32,000 nt of DNA, from assembly GCF_000014265.1 (NCBI RefSeq), contig NC_008312.1:4890001-4922000 (forward strand), read 5' to 3'. A program made the position numbers and the translations under genes. The notes under the pieces were generated by a model, which worked only from the letters and a program-made list of their open reading frames with translations, did no database searches and was not told the origin of the DNA. Positions 1 through 9,214 of this stretch are shown here, in pieces (positions within the stretch are counted from its first letter, which is position 1; every line of letters begins with the position of its first letter). Origin of the DNA: Trichodesmium erythraeum IMS101. GTDB lineage: Bacteria; Cyanobacteriota; Cyanobacteriia; Cyanobacteriales; Microcoleaceae.

Positions 1-615
1 AAAGAACTATTATACTCTGACCAGTTGTTAAGAGGGTATTTAGACTTTGATTTAAATTTGGACTTGGACTTGGGCTTACTTATATTTACTTTTATGTCAC
101 ATATTATCATTTTTACACTATGGGCATCCGCAGTGCAAAAAAGCCTTAGGAAAACCACAATGTGTAGAATCAAGGTGATGTTTTAGGGTAAGTGCGACGA
201 AGAAAATTGGATAATCAGGCAGTGGAATTATTCCTATAATATGCCATACTCAACCGTATGATTCAAAAAATATCGCTCAATATCTACATGGGTTGAAATC
301 TAAGTTAACTCCAACTAACAGGTTTTTAGTGTTTCCCAGGGCGATATGCGCGTGTGGAGCAAATTCAGCAGCTATATTGCAACCTTCATGCAATAAAGCT
401 ACTAAGAACTATAAAGGAAACCATTCGAGAATTATTTATGAGGATATGGTCATGTTTTGATGTTTTCTTTGTTAACTATTACGACTATTTATATTACCCC
501 ATTTTTCCTTCAATTGATGAATCTTAAAAATGCTACAATTAATTAAAGTTTGACTCAAAATCCTAATCAGTGCAAAATATAGTGTTGATTTAGAATTAAT
601 CAGATTAGTAAGTTA

Positions 616-1140
616 ATGAACATTATTGATTTTTTTGAACTGAGTGCTGGTGAATGGTTTTCCCAACGCACAATTCACAATTTGGTTTCTGGGGAATTAC
701 AAGCAGGTAAATCAGAAGTCAATGTTGAAATATTGGAAAAAACTGACCCGACATTAATCAATTTGTGCGAACAAAATCAGGTTGACTCTAGTGTAACTAA
801 ATTAATAGGAGTCAAGATTAGCTGGAATGGTACAAATAATAAAGGACAAGTGAAAGATGTAGGTTCAAGAATGCTGATAATTATTCCTAATTTTGACGAC
901 CTTAACCAAGGTCAATTATTACAAAATAGAGGAAATGGTAACAGCCCAAAAATCAGTGGTCGCTATATTATGGGGAGTGATGATGTTCTAATGTTGACTA
1001 CAGAGTCAGAGGGTTTGTATGTGGAGGAACGTTTCTGGTATTTAATACCTAATTTGCGGTTACGCACCAGTGTGGTCAACAGGCCACAGGGCTTTAGTTT
1101 AGCTTCTTTTTGCTCGGAAATTCGCAGAGTCAAAAGTTAA
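616..1140 (+). CDS. cpcS: Phycobiliprotein chromophore (bilin) lyase, CpcS/CpeS/CpcU family
   Basis: The N-terminus MNIIDFFELSAGEWFSQRT and C-terminal ...GRYIMGSDDVLMLTTE...EERFWYLIPNLRLRTS...GFSLASFCSEIR match the conserved pattern of cyanobacterial CpcS-type lyases (FF.LSAGKW.SQRT...; ...NLR.RTS...F...SF.SEIR). Length (174 aa) is typical. The paralog assignment (S vs U) is uncertain. Confidence 0.7.
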   Translation: MNIIDFFELSAGEWFSQRTIHNLVSGELQAGKSEVNVEILEKTDPTLINLCEQNQVDSSVTKLIGVKISWNGTNNKGQVKDVGSRMLIIIPNFDDLNQGQLLQNRGNGNSPKISGRYIMGSDDVLMLTTESEGLYVEERFWYLIPNLRLRTSVVNRPQGFSLASFCSEIRRVKS

Positions 1141-1419
1141 ATGAGTGCATGTTTTTTTTTGAATACCTATAAATATAAAGGCTTCAGAAGTTGGAATATA
1201 CAAAATATTCCAGTTATATCAGAATGAGGTAAAAATATTTAGTACCTTGCTATTAAAGAGTGAGGTTTAAATAAAACTTTTGTGGTATGGGTATCTTACC
1301 CGCTACTTGTATGCCTCACTTCTAACTGGGTAACAAGCTAATTGAAAGCCATATATAGGGATTTGCGTTTAGGAACTCAATAATACTTCAATTAAAACAA
1401 AACCCTTATTGATATAAAT

Positions 1420-1458
1420 AGGGTGTAGTGTGAGGGCTCTGACCTCACAATACACCCT
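1420..1458. repeat. Long imperfect hairpin (16-bp arms, 1 mismatch, 7-nt loop)
   Basis: agggtgtagtgtgagg (1420-1435), loop gctctga, cctcacaatacaccct (1443-1458). It directly abuts the solo IS-end fragment at 1461. Confidence 0.6.
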
Positions 1459-1460
1459 CA

Positions 1461-1500
1461 AGGAAAACACATCTAATTTTTTTTACAAATGACTAAGAAG
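1461..1500 (+). repeat. Solo copy of the ~40-bp outer terminus of the ISAs1-like element
   Basis: aggaaaacacatctaattttttttacaaatgactaag closely matches ggaaaacgtatctaatttttttttacaaatgaccaag at 1711-1748 and the reverse complement of 3478-3514. Confidence 0.6.
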
Positions 1501-1707
1501 ATAACTTCAGAAGAGACTATGCGATCGCGCAACAAATAACTCTCAAAAAATACCAAAATTTTCAAATCACAGGATGACAAGCGCCTCAAAACTATTCTGG
1601 GAAAAGGTTGAAATATTGTTCATGAAGATGGAAAATTGGAAAACTTTTTGATAATAATAATTATTATTTTTTTTGTGTAGTTTGAGCTTCTCTCAAATAC
1701 TTTCCCC

Positions 1708-2570
1708 CAGGGAAAACGTATCTAATTTTTTTTTACAAATGACCAAGCCAGAATATAATTTAAGAATAGGCTCTGGAATCATATGGGATACTGCCTACAA
1801 TAATTACGAACTCTATAAACAGTTATAACCATCAAAAAAATCTCAACAATAATTAATATTATTATATACAAATCAGCTTTTAAAATAGACAGTTATGAAT
1901 GATAGTTATTATCTAAATAATCTCAATCTTTAACAATAAAAATTATGAAAAAAATAGTATTTATGAGTATTTTAGTGAATTATAAAACCCCTGATTGGAG
2001 AGAACAAAAAGCCAGAAATTAATTGATATTATTACAATTATTATTTCTGATGTAATTTGTGGTGTGGATACCTGGATAGATATAAAATCTTATGGTAAAT
2101 CTAAAAGTGAATGGCTAAAAAGTTTTTGAGAACTGCCTAATAGAATTACATCTCACCATACAGCGTGCACGAATTTTTGCACGTCTTAAGCCTATTAATT
2201 CAAGCAATTTTTTTTTGTCATAAATTAAGTCAGTAAGTCAAATAACTAAAGGAGAAATAATAGCAATTGATGGTAAAACTCTCAGAGGTTCTTATGACTA
2301 AAAAAAATCTCAAAAACCTATTCATATCGTCAGTACCTCGGTCAGAGCCAATTCCCTAGTTTTAGGTTGCCATTGTAGATAATAAATCGAATGAAATCAT
2401 TGGAATTCCCCAAATTATTAAAGTTTTATCCCTTTATAGTAGTTACAATTGATACTTAGGGAAACCAGAAAGAAATTGTTAAACAAATTACACAACAACA
2501 GGGTGATTATGTAATTACTTTGAAAAAAAAATCAAGGTGATTTTTATCAAAAAGTTACTATACCTTCTCT
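1708..2570 (+). pseudogene. ISAs1-family (H-repeat-associated) transposase pseudogene, copy A, 3'-truncated
   Basis: Translation from ATG 1945 is broken by several stops and frameshifts. It still reads ...DVICGVDTWIDIKSYGKSKSEWLKSF / IAIDGKTLRGSYD / PIHIVS / NSLVLG / EFPKLLK / VTID / QGDYVITLKKNQG, the hallmark ISAs1 blocks (IAIDGKT.RGS.D, AIH.VSAW, LVLGQ, TAIP.LL, VTIDAMG.Q, GDYV.ALK.NQ). Boundaries are approximate. Confidence 0.75.
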
Positions 2571-2700
2571 CTATCCTGCCTCTTTTATTCCTTATTAACA
2601 TATATTTTTGTATACCTTTATTTTTAATTTTTTATTCTTTAAATTAACTAATTTTCTAAGAAATAGCTATCAGTAAAATTCAATTATTTAATCTGGTTTA

Positions 2701-2820
2701 ATTTGCTTTTGCTCCTTCAATATTGTAATCTCCACTCTTACAATCTTTGAACATGGCATCAATTCCTATTCTTTGACTATATACTTTATTGATTTTATAT
2801 GATGACGATAAATTACTAAT
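2701..2820 (-). pseudogene. IS4/IS701-superfamily DDE transposase C-terminal fragment
   Basis: The minus-strand translation ...YKINKVYSQRIGIDAMFKDCKSGDYNIEGAKAN* matches the Y..RWGIE.MF.D.KSGGYNLE block of cyanobacterial IS4-like transposases. It is a fragment only, wedged between the two ISAs1 copies. Confidence 0.5.
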
Positions 2821-3514
2821 AATTTATTTCGATTTATTATTGACAATAGCAGGAGCTAAAACTAGGAAATTGCCTCTAACCAAGGCACTGACGATATGAA
2901 TAGGTTTTTGAGATTTTTTTTAGTCATAAAAACCTCTGATAGTTTTACTCTCAATTGTTATTATTTCTCCTTCAGTTATTTGACTTACTGACTTAATTTA
3001 TGACAAAAAACATTGCTTGAATTAATAAGCTGAAGACCTACAAAAACTCGCGATCGCTTTATGCTGACATAGAATTCCATTGGGCAGTTCTCAAAAACTT
3101 TTTAGCCATTCACTTTGAGATTTACCATAAGATTCTATATCTATCCAGATATCCGCACCACAAATTACATCACAAATAGTAATTGTAATAATATCAATTA
3201 ATTTTTGGCGTTTTGTTCTCTTAAATCTGGGATATTATAATTCACTAAAATACTCATAAATACTCTTTTTTTTTCATAATTTTTATTGTTAAATATTGAG
3301 ATTATTTAGATAATAACTATCATTCATAAATGTCTAATTTTAACGCTTATTTGTATATAATAATATTAATTATTGTTTAGCTTTTTTTGATGGTTATAAC
3401 TGTTAATAGGGTTCGTATTTATTGCAAGGACTATTCCATCTGATTTTAGAGCCTATTCTTAAATTATATTCTGGCTTGGTCATTTGTCAAAAAAATTAGA
3501 TGCGTTTTCCCTGG
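2821..3514 (-). pseudogene. ISAs1-family transposase pseudogene, copy B (inverted relative to copy A), 3'-truncated
   Basis: The reverse complement of 2821-3514 aligns by eye with 1708-2400 at roughly 85-90% identity, with scattered substitutions and small indels. For example, RC of 3478-3514 is ccagggaaaacgcatctaatttttttgacaaatg, and the cattcataa/attatttagataataactatc blocks are shared. Confidence 0.75.
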
Positions 3515-3996
3515 TATTTAATCCCCAATTGAGATTTCAGTTCAGCATCTCCTCTGGTATCCACGGCACGAAACAGGCAGAAATTTTTATTTGTAAATAC
3601 CCACAGCCATTCCTTGATTCCTCTGGCAGGTCAAGACGCTTCATTTAGATGAATAGAAAGTTGTTCTGTACTTAACAGTTTTCACTTAAGATTATAAGAT
3701 TTATGACCCAGATACTGACAAAAAAAGTGGAGCGTAGCGTTAACCTTATCCTATAAAGAAGAGCGTAAAGATCGTCTCATTTGTCATAGCCTATATAGTG
3801 TCTTTGCGTAAGTCCTTTTAGTCCTGAGATGATATGATATTAAATCTGGTAGCATTGATCTAATTATAAGGAGTCAGGAGTACTAGGGAATGCCCGTACA
3901 GAAGACGTGGAAGGAAGATAATTTAGAAATATTTAACAATTACTGAGGATAGAACAATGGAATATTTTTTGATACCAAATTATATCACATCCAGTG

Positions 3997-4786
3997 CTAT
4001 CGTTTGTGTAAACCCAAGGGTAAATATCTACAGAAAATTTGGCATTGGTAAATTAAGCAATGAATTAAGCCGGAATGGGCACCTCTCCAAATTTGAGAAG
4101 CGTGAATCAACAAACGGATAGAATCTTTGAACATCTCAATACATTTTGAGTAACATAAGGTTTTGCGGCATAAGCGAGTTTTGGGATGACGTAAGCGAGT
4201 GTTTTCCCTTTCTACGCGATTCATATAGGTCTTACTTCCGATTTTATCTCCGTCACGGATAAAGCCTGGAAGCGACCGGATTGCCATCAGTAACCTGAAA
4301 GTAACACTTCCAAAAGCCTATCGCCTGCCATAGCGGTTGAAAAGTATCACCGCTGTGGTTTCCGACTACCCAACCCAGGATGCCCTGACGGAAATGGTAT
4401 ACCAGAGTCCACAACAACACCTTGTTTTTCTTATCACTAACAAAAGTTTCGAGTTCATGAAGTTCTCCTACTTGAGACAGTTGGTCTAGGTCATAGGCAT
4501 TAGGTGAGCATTCCCTGGTGTGTTTGATCAAATTGATAATAGTTGGATATGTAACCCCTTTCACCCAGGCAATTCTTCTAATACCCATACCGTTAACGTA
4601 TATTCTCAAAAACAGCCGCTTGACATTATCGCTGTATTCTTGTGGGTGATAAGGTTTAATGAACTGATGGCTACAAGCGACGCAAATATAGTTCTGCTTG
4701 CCTGGTTGATGGCCATTTTTGGGGATATGCTGACAGCTACAGTCAGGACATTGTATCGGTTGATCTCTCACAGTTGTTAATGACAT
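3997..4786 (-). pseudogene. IS1-family transposase, interrupted by a frameshift
   Basis: Upstream ORF (4253-4786): zinc-finger-like CPDCSC..KNG...GKQNYICVACSHQF, then ELHELETFVSDKKNKVLLW...GWVVGNHSGDTFQPLW......VTDG (IS1 InsAB pattern DE.W.FV..K.NK.W.W...G...G.R....F..LW...TDG). Downstream ORF (3997-4287): NRVERENTRLRH...RLCRKTLCYSK (IS1 IER.N..LR...RL.RKT.CFSK) in another frame. Confidence 0.8.
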
Positions 4787-5023
4787 TAACCATTATAAAC
4801 CAACAAGCTATTTCAAAAAAATAGCTAGACTTTTTACAAAAAGTAAAACATTTTTAGCTTTATTTTATAATTAGAAGTAGTTATACCTGAGTCTACCCCC
4901 AGTTCACTCTTAAAGTAGCTTTATCTTGAATAAAAATTTCTTGATTTTCGTCTAGCCAGCAAAAAAAATTTGTAGGAAATACCAGGAATGAAATGCTTCT
5001 AATATCTCTATAAAATTTGTCAA

Positions 5024-5446
5024 TTATTTGCAGGAATAACGCTTTATTACACCTACCATTAATTGTTGATATGAGATGAAAGGATATGAAAAAAAAACTA
5101 GAATACAATGGCGCATGAAACTCGTTTTATCTCTAATTTGATGTTCTTTTAAACCCAACTTTATCTTAGCTTTTATGTAATTTTTTTCAATATAGTTTCT
5201 ATTAAGATACTTTGTAAGGATCAATGCTCTAGATACACTTTTATACTGTTTATTTGTAATTAAATAATCAATTTTGCTGGTCTCTTTTATATAAATACTA
5301 TTAATGATGACTGCTATAGTTCTATAACCAGTTAAACCTTTAGTTTCTAATTTTATGGTAGCTACCCAAACTTTTTTAGGTATATCTTGTTCTAATGTTA
5401 CTGCTTGAAAAGCATTTTTAGATAAAGATAAGGCTATTTTATCCAA
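5024..5446 (-). pseudogene. IS701-like (IS4 superfamily) transposase, C-terminal fragment
   Basis: ...YLITNKQYKSVSRALILTKYLNRNYIEKNYIKAKIKLGLKEHQIRDKTSFMRHCILVFFSY fits the pattern Y..RW.IE.F....K..LGL...Q.R......RH..L...A. There is no N-terminal catalytic part here. The overlapping ORF 4893-5108 may be its frameshifted tail. Confidence 0.55.
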
Positions 5447-5599
5447 CCTTTTTTGTGATTGTTTTTTCTAGTTTTTTGATTGATAACATTGACTCAAATA
5501 TTTTTAGCTAAACTCCATATATATACTTAAGTTATAATCGTTATAATTATTGTAAAAATGAGTAATTATTTCCATAAAATCTATCTAATAAAACTATGT

Positions 5600-5969
5600 C
5601 TACTCTATATTTAATCGACAAAGTTTTTTTTACTAACTTGACTACTAAATCAGATTTTTTAATAAATTATTTATCATCTTGACCAGAGGTAAAAGATGAT
5701 AATTTTTGATAAATTATACATCCAAAAGTATACTTATTACTCCATCATATAAATAGCTTCTGACTATCACTAATCCATTGTCTGTTTTACCTACTTTTTT
5801 TATCACCTGTTTTTGGTCTTATATCCTCAGTTTCTCTTCTTCTGTGTAAGCAAATATTGATAATATTACAAGCCATCTTAAAGATAGCACTTGCTTAAGT
5901 GTTACTCATCCCATTATCAATAGCATTAATAACTTTTTGTCTTAAATCGTAACTATAAAAAGCATGCAT
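5600..5969 (-). pseudogene. IS630-family transposase N-terminal fragment
   Basis: The minus strand from ATG 5969 reads MHAFYSYDLRQKVINAIDNGMSNT* and then frameshifted ...HRRRETEDIRPK... ...KLVKKTLSI. This is the typical IS630 HTH N-terminus (YS.DLR.K...A...G.S......F.VS......LL.RYR.TG...PK ... KKKTL.A.E). Multiple stops. Confidence 0.6.
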
Positions 5970-6417
5970 AATCTTTTCGATTTTGATTTTTTGAGCATTA
6001 TGTATTAATCTTTACTTCGATTGCTATACTTAATTAATATCAAGTTTATTTTACTACAATATATTGTTAATTAGACTTAGACAATTTTTAAGCACAAATA
6101 TAACCATTACCAGCTTAATAAGAGGCAAATACTTTTATATTTTAGTCTATAAAATGCAATACATCGCTGCACGAAAAGTATCTATTTTTTTAGTAAAAGT
6201 CTTTAAAGTTTTTTTTGTTTATTGCTTTTATCATACCCCTTTCAACCTCTCCCACTGGATAAAAGTATAAGCACAAAACACCAATATATAATGACTATCT
6301 TGTCTCCATTTATCTCTGAGATGATATTCTGTTATTCCTAACCATACTTAGCCTATCTCTCTGTGTGTTTAAAAAACCTCTACCCAATTCTCTGAGAATA
6401 GGTGGTCTTTACTATCC

Positions 6418-6645
6418 CAGGGTAAGCTCATCTAAAATTTTATTTACAAATCAATATTTTTATGACCTGCTTTCAATACAAGCTTTTCAAGGAATTATAA
6501 ATATCACATAATTTTCATATTATCGATTTTTGCTGCTTCACAATTTGAATATATTTTCGTCACTAAATTCATCTCAAAAACAGTCAGGGTAATATGATTA
6601 TAAAAGATACTATTTGTCAATGATTTTTAATATGAGCTGACCCTG
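6418..6645. repeat. MITE-like 228-bp element bounded by 14-bp terminal inverted repeats
   Basis: cagggtaagctcat (6418-6431) versus atgagctgaccctg (6632-6645), whose RC is cagggtcagctcat (1 mismatch). The interior is AT-rich and non-coding. Confidence 0.35.
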
Positions 6646-6942
6646 TTTTATATCGCTATACAATGTTACTTTTAACGACTTAAAATTGATAATAAAATAA
6701 TCAATGTCTGTTGCTTATTCCATGAACTAGTATTTTTATCCGATGGGGAAAGTTTTTTATCCTTCTAGTAGTAATACTGATCCGCGTGAATATTTTGAAA
6801 AAAATAATTTTGGGTTTTCCATTGGCTGGAAACAACTGGTAAAAATCCTTATCATTAAAGGTTTTTGCTAACTATTTTAGGAAGTTTTCTATTTATGTAA
6901 CAATTCTCATAGCTATGAGGTAAAGTAACAACAATGGTTAAA

Positions 6943-8012
6943 CTAATTGCGAATATCTTTTTGACTAACTTTGAATATAGCTGAGGTCATGGCATCAATT
7001 AAACCTTGATAATTTCTTACTTTAACTCTTCTTAGAATAGCTTTTGCTTTTGAAAAAAAGTTTTCAATTGGAGAAAATTCAGGTGAATAAGGAGATAAAA
7101 ATAACAAACTAGCCCCAACTTCTTCAATAATTTCTATCACTATTTTTCCTAAATTGATTTTCCCATTGTTCATTATAAAACAAGCTTTATTTCACAGTCA
7201 TAGGATTACTTATTTAACTATAAAAGTCTCAAAATTTACTCCAGCTGCTGCTCTATAAATATTTGTTTTTGCCAAAACTTTTTCTTAGGATATAGCTCCT
7301 ATAATTGAGATATTTTATCCTCTGGATCTTTTCCCTTTTAAGGCTCTAGCATATAATCGAAGCATTCCCAAATTTACTCCTGATTTATCTATAAAGACTA
7401 AATTATTGGTCTTTATTCTTCTGATTATTTCCCAATACTCTAATCTCTTATATTCGAGTTGAGCATTTTCTTTTTCAGGTGCATACAATGTTTTTTTTGA
7501 GATTGTAGTTTAACTAGACAGTGAGAGTTTCCGGGAATAACTATTGCTAGCTTTTGCTTACAGCTATCTCAAGGTTAGAAAATTATTCAAAGTAATTATA
7601 AATACTGTAAGCAAATTCTTATAATACTTTCAGCTGTTAAAGCAAATATTTTTTTAGGACAACTTTGTACTCTCAAGTAGTTTCACTTTTCAGTTATCCA
7701 ATAATTGTACTTTTTCCTACTTTTACTCCTGTGGCTACTTCCAGTAATTCCCATAAATTCTCATTAGTTGTATCATTATTTTTCTCCATTATTTCTACTA
7801 AGATTACTAATTATTCACTATTAAGCTTAAAAGGAGGACTTCCTCCTTGAGCTAAAGGTTTAATATCTTCAGTTTATTGATATTTTTTGGTTAAGGTTTG
7901 AATAAAACTTTGTCTGACTCAAAACCTATGATCCAGATTGTTTATAGACATTTTTTCCGCAGCCACAAATTTATACAATTTTTTTTATAAAGTCTATAGA
8001 ATAAGATTTCAT
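6943..8012 (-). pseudogene. IS630-family transposase pseudogene (near full length, multiply frameshifted)
   Basis: C-terminal ORF 6943-7173: ...GASLLFLSPYSPEFSPIENFFSKAKAILRR (the canonical LPPYSP.LNPIE..WSK.K..LR DDE block). The middle part (7200-7500) reads ...LVFIDKSGVNLGMLRLYARALKGKRS... The N-terminus from ATG 8012 reads MKSYSIDFIKKIV.... Stops and frame changes occur throughout. Confidence 0.75.
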
Positions 8013-8094
8013 CAGTTTCGCGATCGCTATAAAAATTATTCACCCTAGTTTACCTTATGACGATGGAAAAGGCTATATTTATTGTGATTAATTA

Positions 8095-8705
8095 ATAATT
8101 ATCTTTTGATTTTTTTGCTACTATTCCATTATAACTTAGTACTCTGTATTCGAGTTTTTTGATAAATGTTATGTTGTTACCATAATCTAGAACTATTAAA
8201 ACTATTCCCTAACAATTACATCTGTTTAGGCTACGGTCGATTAACTTTATTCCTATGTCTGATTTTTTCTCAAATAATTTATTCTCTTTTCCTCTTAGTA
8301 AACAACTAGAATGTTGATATAATTCAATGTCTAAAGATAGACTTTTTTCCATCATAATAATATGTTGTTACTGTAAGTATTCCATCTGTTTTTTTTCCAA
8401 TTTATCCTATATATAGTAGTCCAAGACCACCAGTCAACTTACCACTTTTCAAAGCACCGGAATCATCTAAAATCAAACAAAATCCACTTCTAAATTTGCT
8501 TTTATAGCGTTTATTGATAATTTCTATACCGTTTATTAATTTGACTAGCTTTCCTTGAAAAATTAGGTATAAAGTGATGTAATCTATTGTAGACTAAACT
8601 AATTAAGTCATTGGCCATTTGAGATAGGTGTTTTCTCTTCCTTTCCCCTAATAAGCCTGCTAAATAATCTTTAAAACCTTTTTTTTGAGGTAGATTCAAC
8701 TTCAA
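8095..8705 (-). pseudogene. IS701-like transposase, N-terminal fragment
   Basis: ORF 8511-8705 reads ...FKDYLAGLLGERKRKHLSQMANDLISLVYNRLHHF (pattern Y..GLL....RKN....A.....Y..LQHF). It continues in another frame as FCLILDDSGALKSGKLTGGLG (the DDE block IIDDTG..KKG..SVGV), followed by more stops. Confidence 0.6.
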
Positions 8706-8923
8706 TCATCAAACTTTTTATACTATCTTTCAACTGAAGGGGGCATAGGAGTAGGAGTTGTTAGTCTTATCTCAAACGTCCTTGACATAAAATCCTTGTC
8801 AAGAAAGCATTATAGTCTAGTTTTGTGAGTTAGGTTGTGTAAGTCCCATTAATTAATGTAGTATGTTGACCTAATTTTAAGCATCATATCCAAATAACCA
8901 ATACAATAATTGTATAGGAAACT

Positions 8924-9187
8924 AAACTGCAGAGTAATATAAATTGGACTAAAAAATCAGAATTGTAACCATCGTTCTTTCCAAAGACATTAAATTGTGG
9001 TAAATAATAAAGTTAAGTTGTAATAATAAACTTATTAGGATATACACTAACAGAGAATTAAACTGTAGAGTGCTATAAATTGGACTAAAAAGCCACAATT
9101 GTAACCATCGATCTTTCCAAAGACATTAAATTGTGGTAAATAATAAGATTAAGTTATGATACTAAACTTATTAGGATATACACTAAC
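8924..9187 (+). repeat. Tandem direct duplication, 2 x ~136 bp, immediately upstream of the STAND NTPase gene
   Basis: Unit 1 (8924-9051) aaactgcagagtaatataaattggactaaaaaatcagaattgtaaccatcg...cttattaggatatacactaac. Unit 2 (9060-9187) aaactgtagagtgctataaattggactaaaaagccacaattgtaaccatcg...cttattaggatatacactaac. Unit 2 holds a perfect 8-bp inverted repeat ccacaatt/aattgtgg about 28 nt apart; unit 1 has one mismatch. Confidence 0.85.
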
Positions 9188-9198
9188 TCTGGTATAAT
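9171..9198 (+). promoter_or_regulatory. Candidate sigma-70 promoter for ORF 9215 (TTAGGA-N16-TATAAT)
   Basis: A perfect TATAAT at 9193-9198 lies 17 nt before ATG 9215, implying a very short leader. There is a weak -35-like ttagga at 9171-9176. Sequence-only prediction. Confidence 0.3.
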
Positions 9199-9214
9199 TT
9201 AAAGGTACTAAACT

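Noticed and set aside
240-470. Possible transposase remnant on the minus strand upstream of cpcS (…LHEGCNIAAEFAPHAHIALGNTKNLL…)
   Set aside because: I cannot match it to any transposase family motif with confidence. The frame is broken and short.
1192-1212. Hairpin tggaatat-acaaa-atattcca downstream of cpcS as a rho-independent terminator
   Set aside because: The stem is AT-only and 8 bp long, with no following U-tract. It is not distinguishable from a chance palindrome in AT-rich DNA.
4520-4780. 86-aa ORF on the plus strand
   Set aside because: It lies entirely antisense to the IS1 transposase reading frame and has no recognisable motif. This is a typical shadow ORF.
6064-6270. 68-aa plus-strand ORF (non-ATG start) in AT-rich DNA
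   Set aside because: Low-complexity I/F/K/Y-rich translation expected by chance at this AT content. It lies within IS debris and shows no motifs or RBS.
7665-7850. 61-aa plus-strand ORF
   Set aside because: Antisense to the N-terminal part of the IS630 pseudogene.
8924-9187. Possible CRISPR array (also considered for 27576-27815)
   Set aside because: There are only two copies, the units are 136-150 bp long, adjacent units are nearly identical with no unique spacers, and no cas genes are in the window. These are tandem duplications, not CRISPR.
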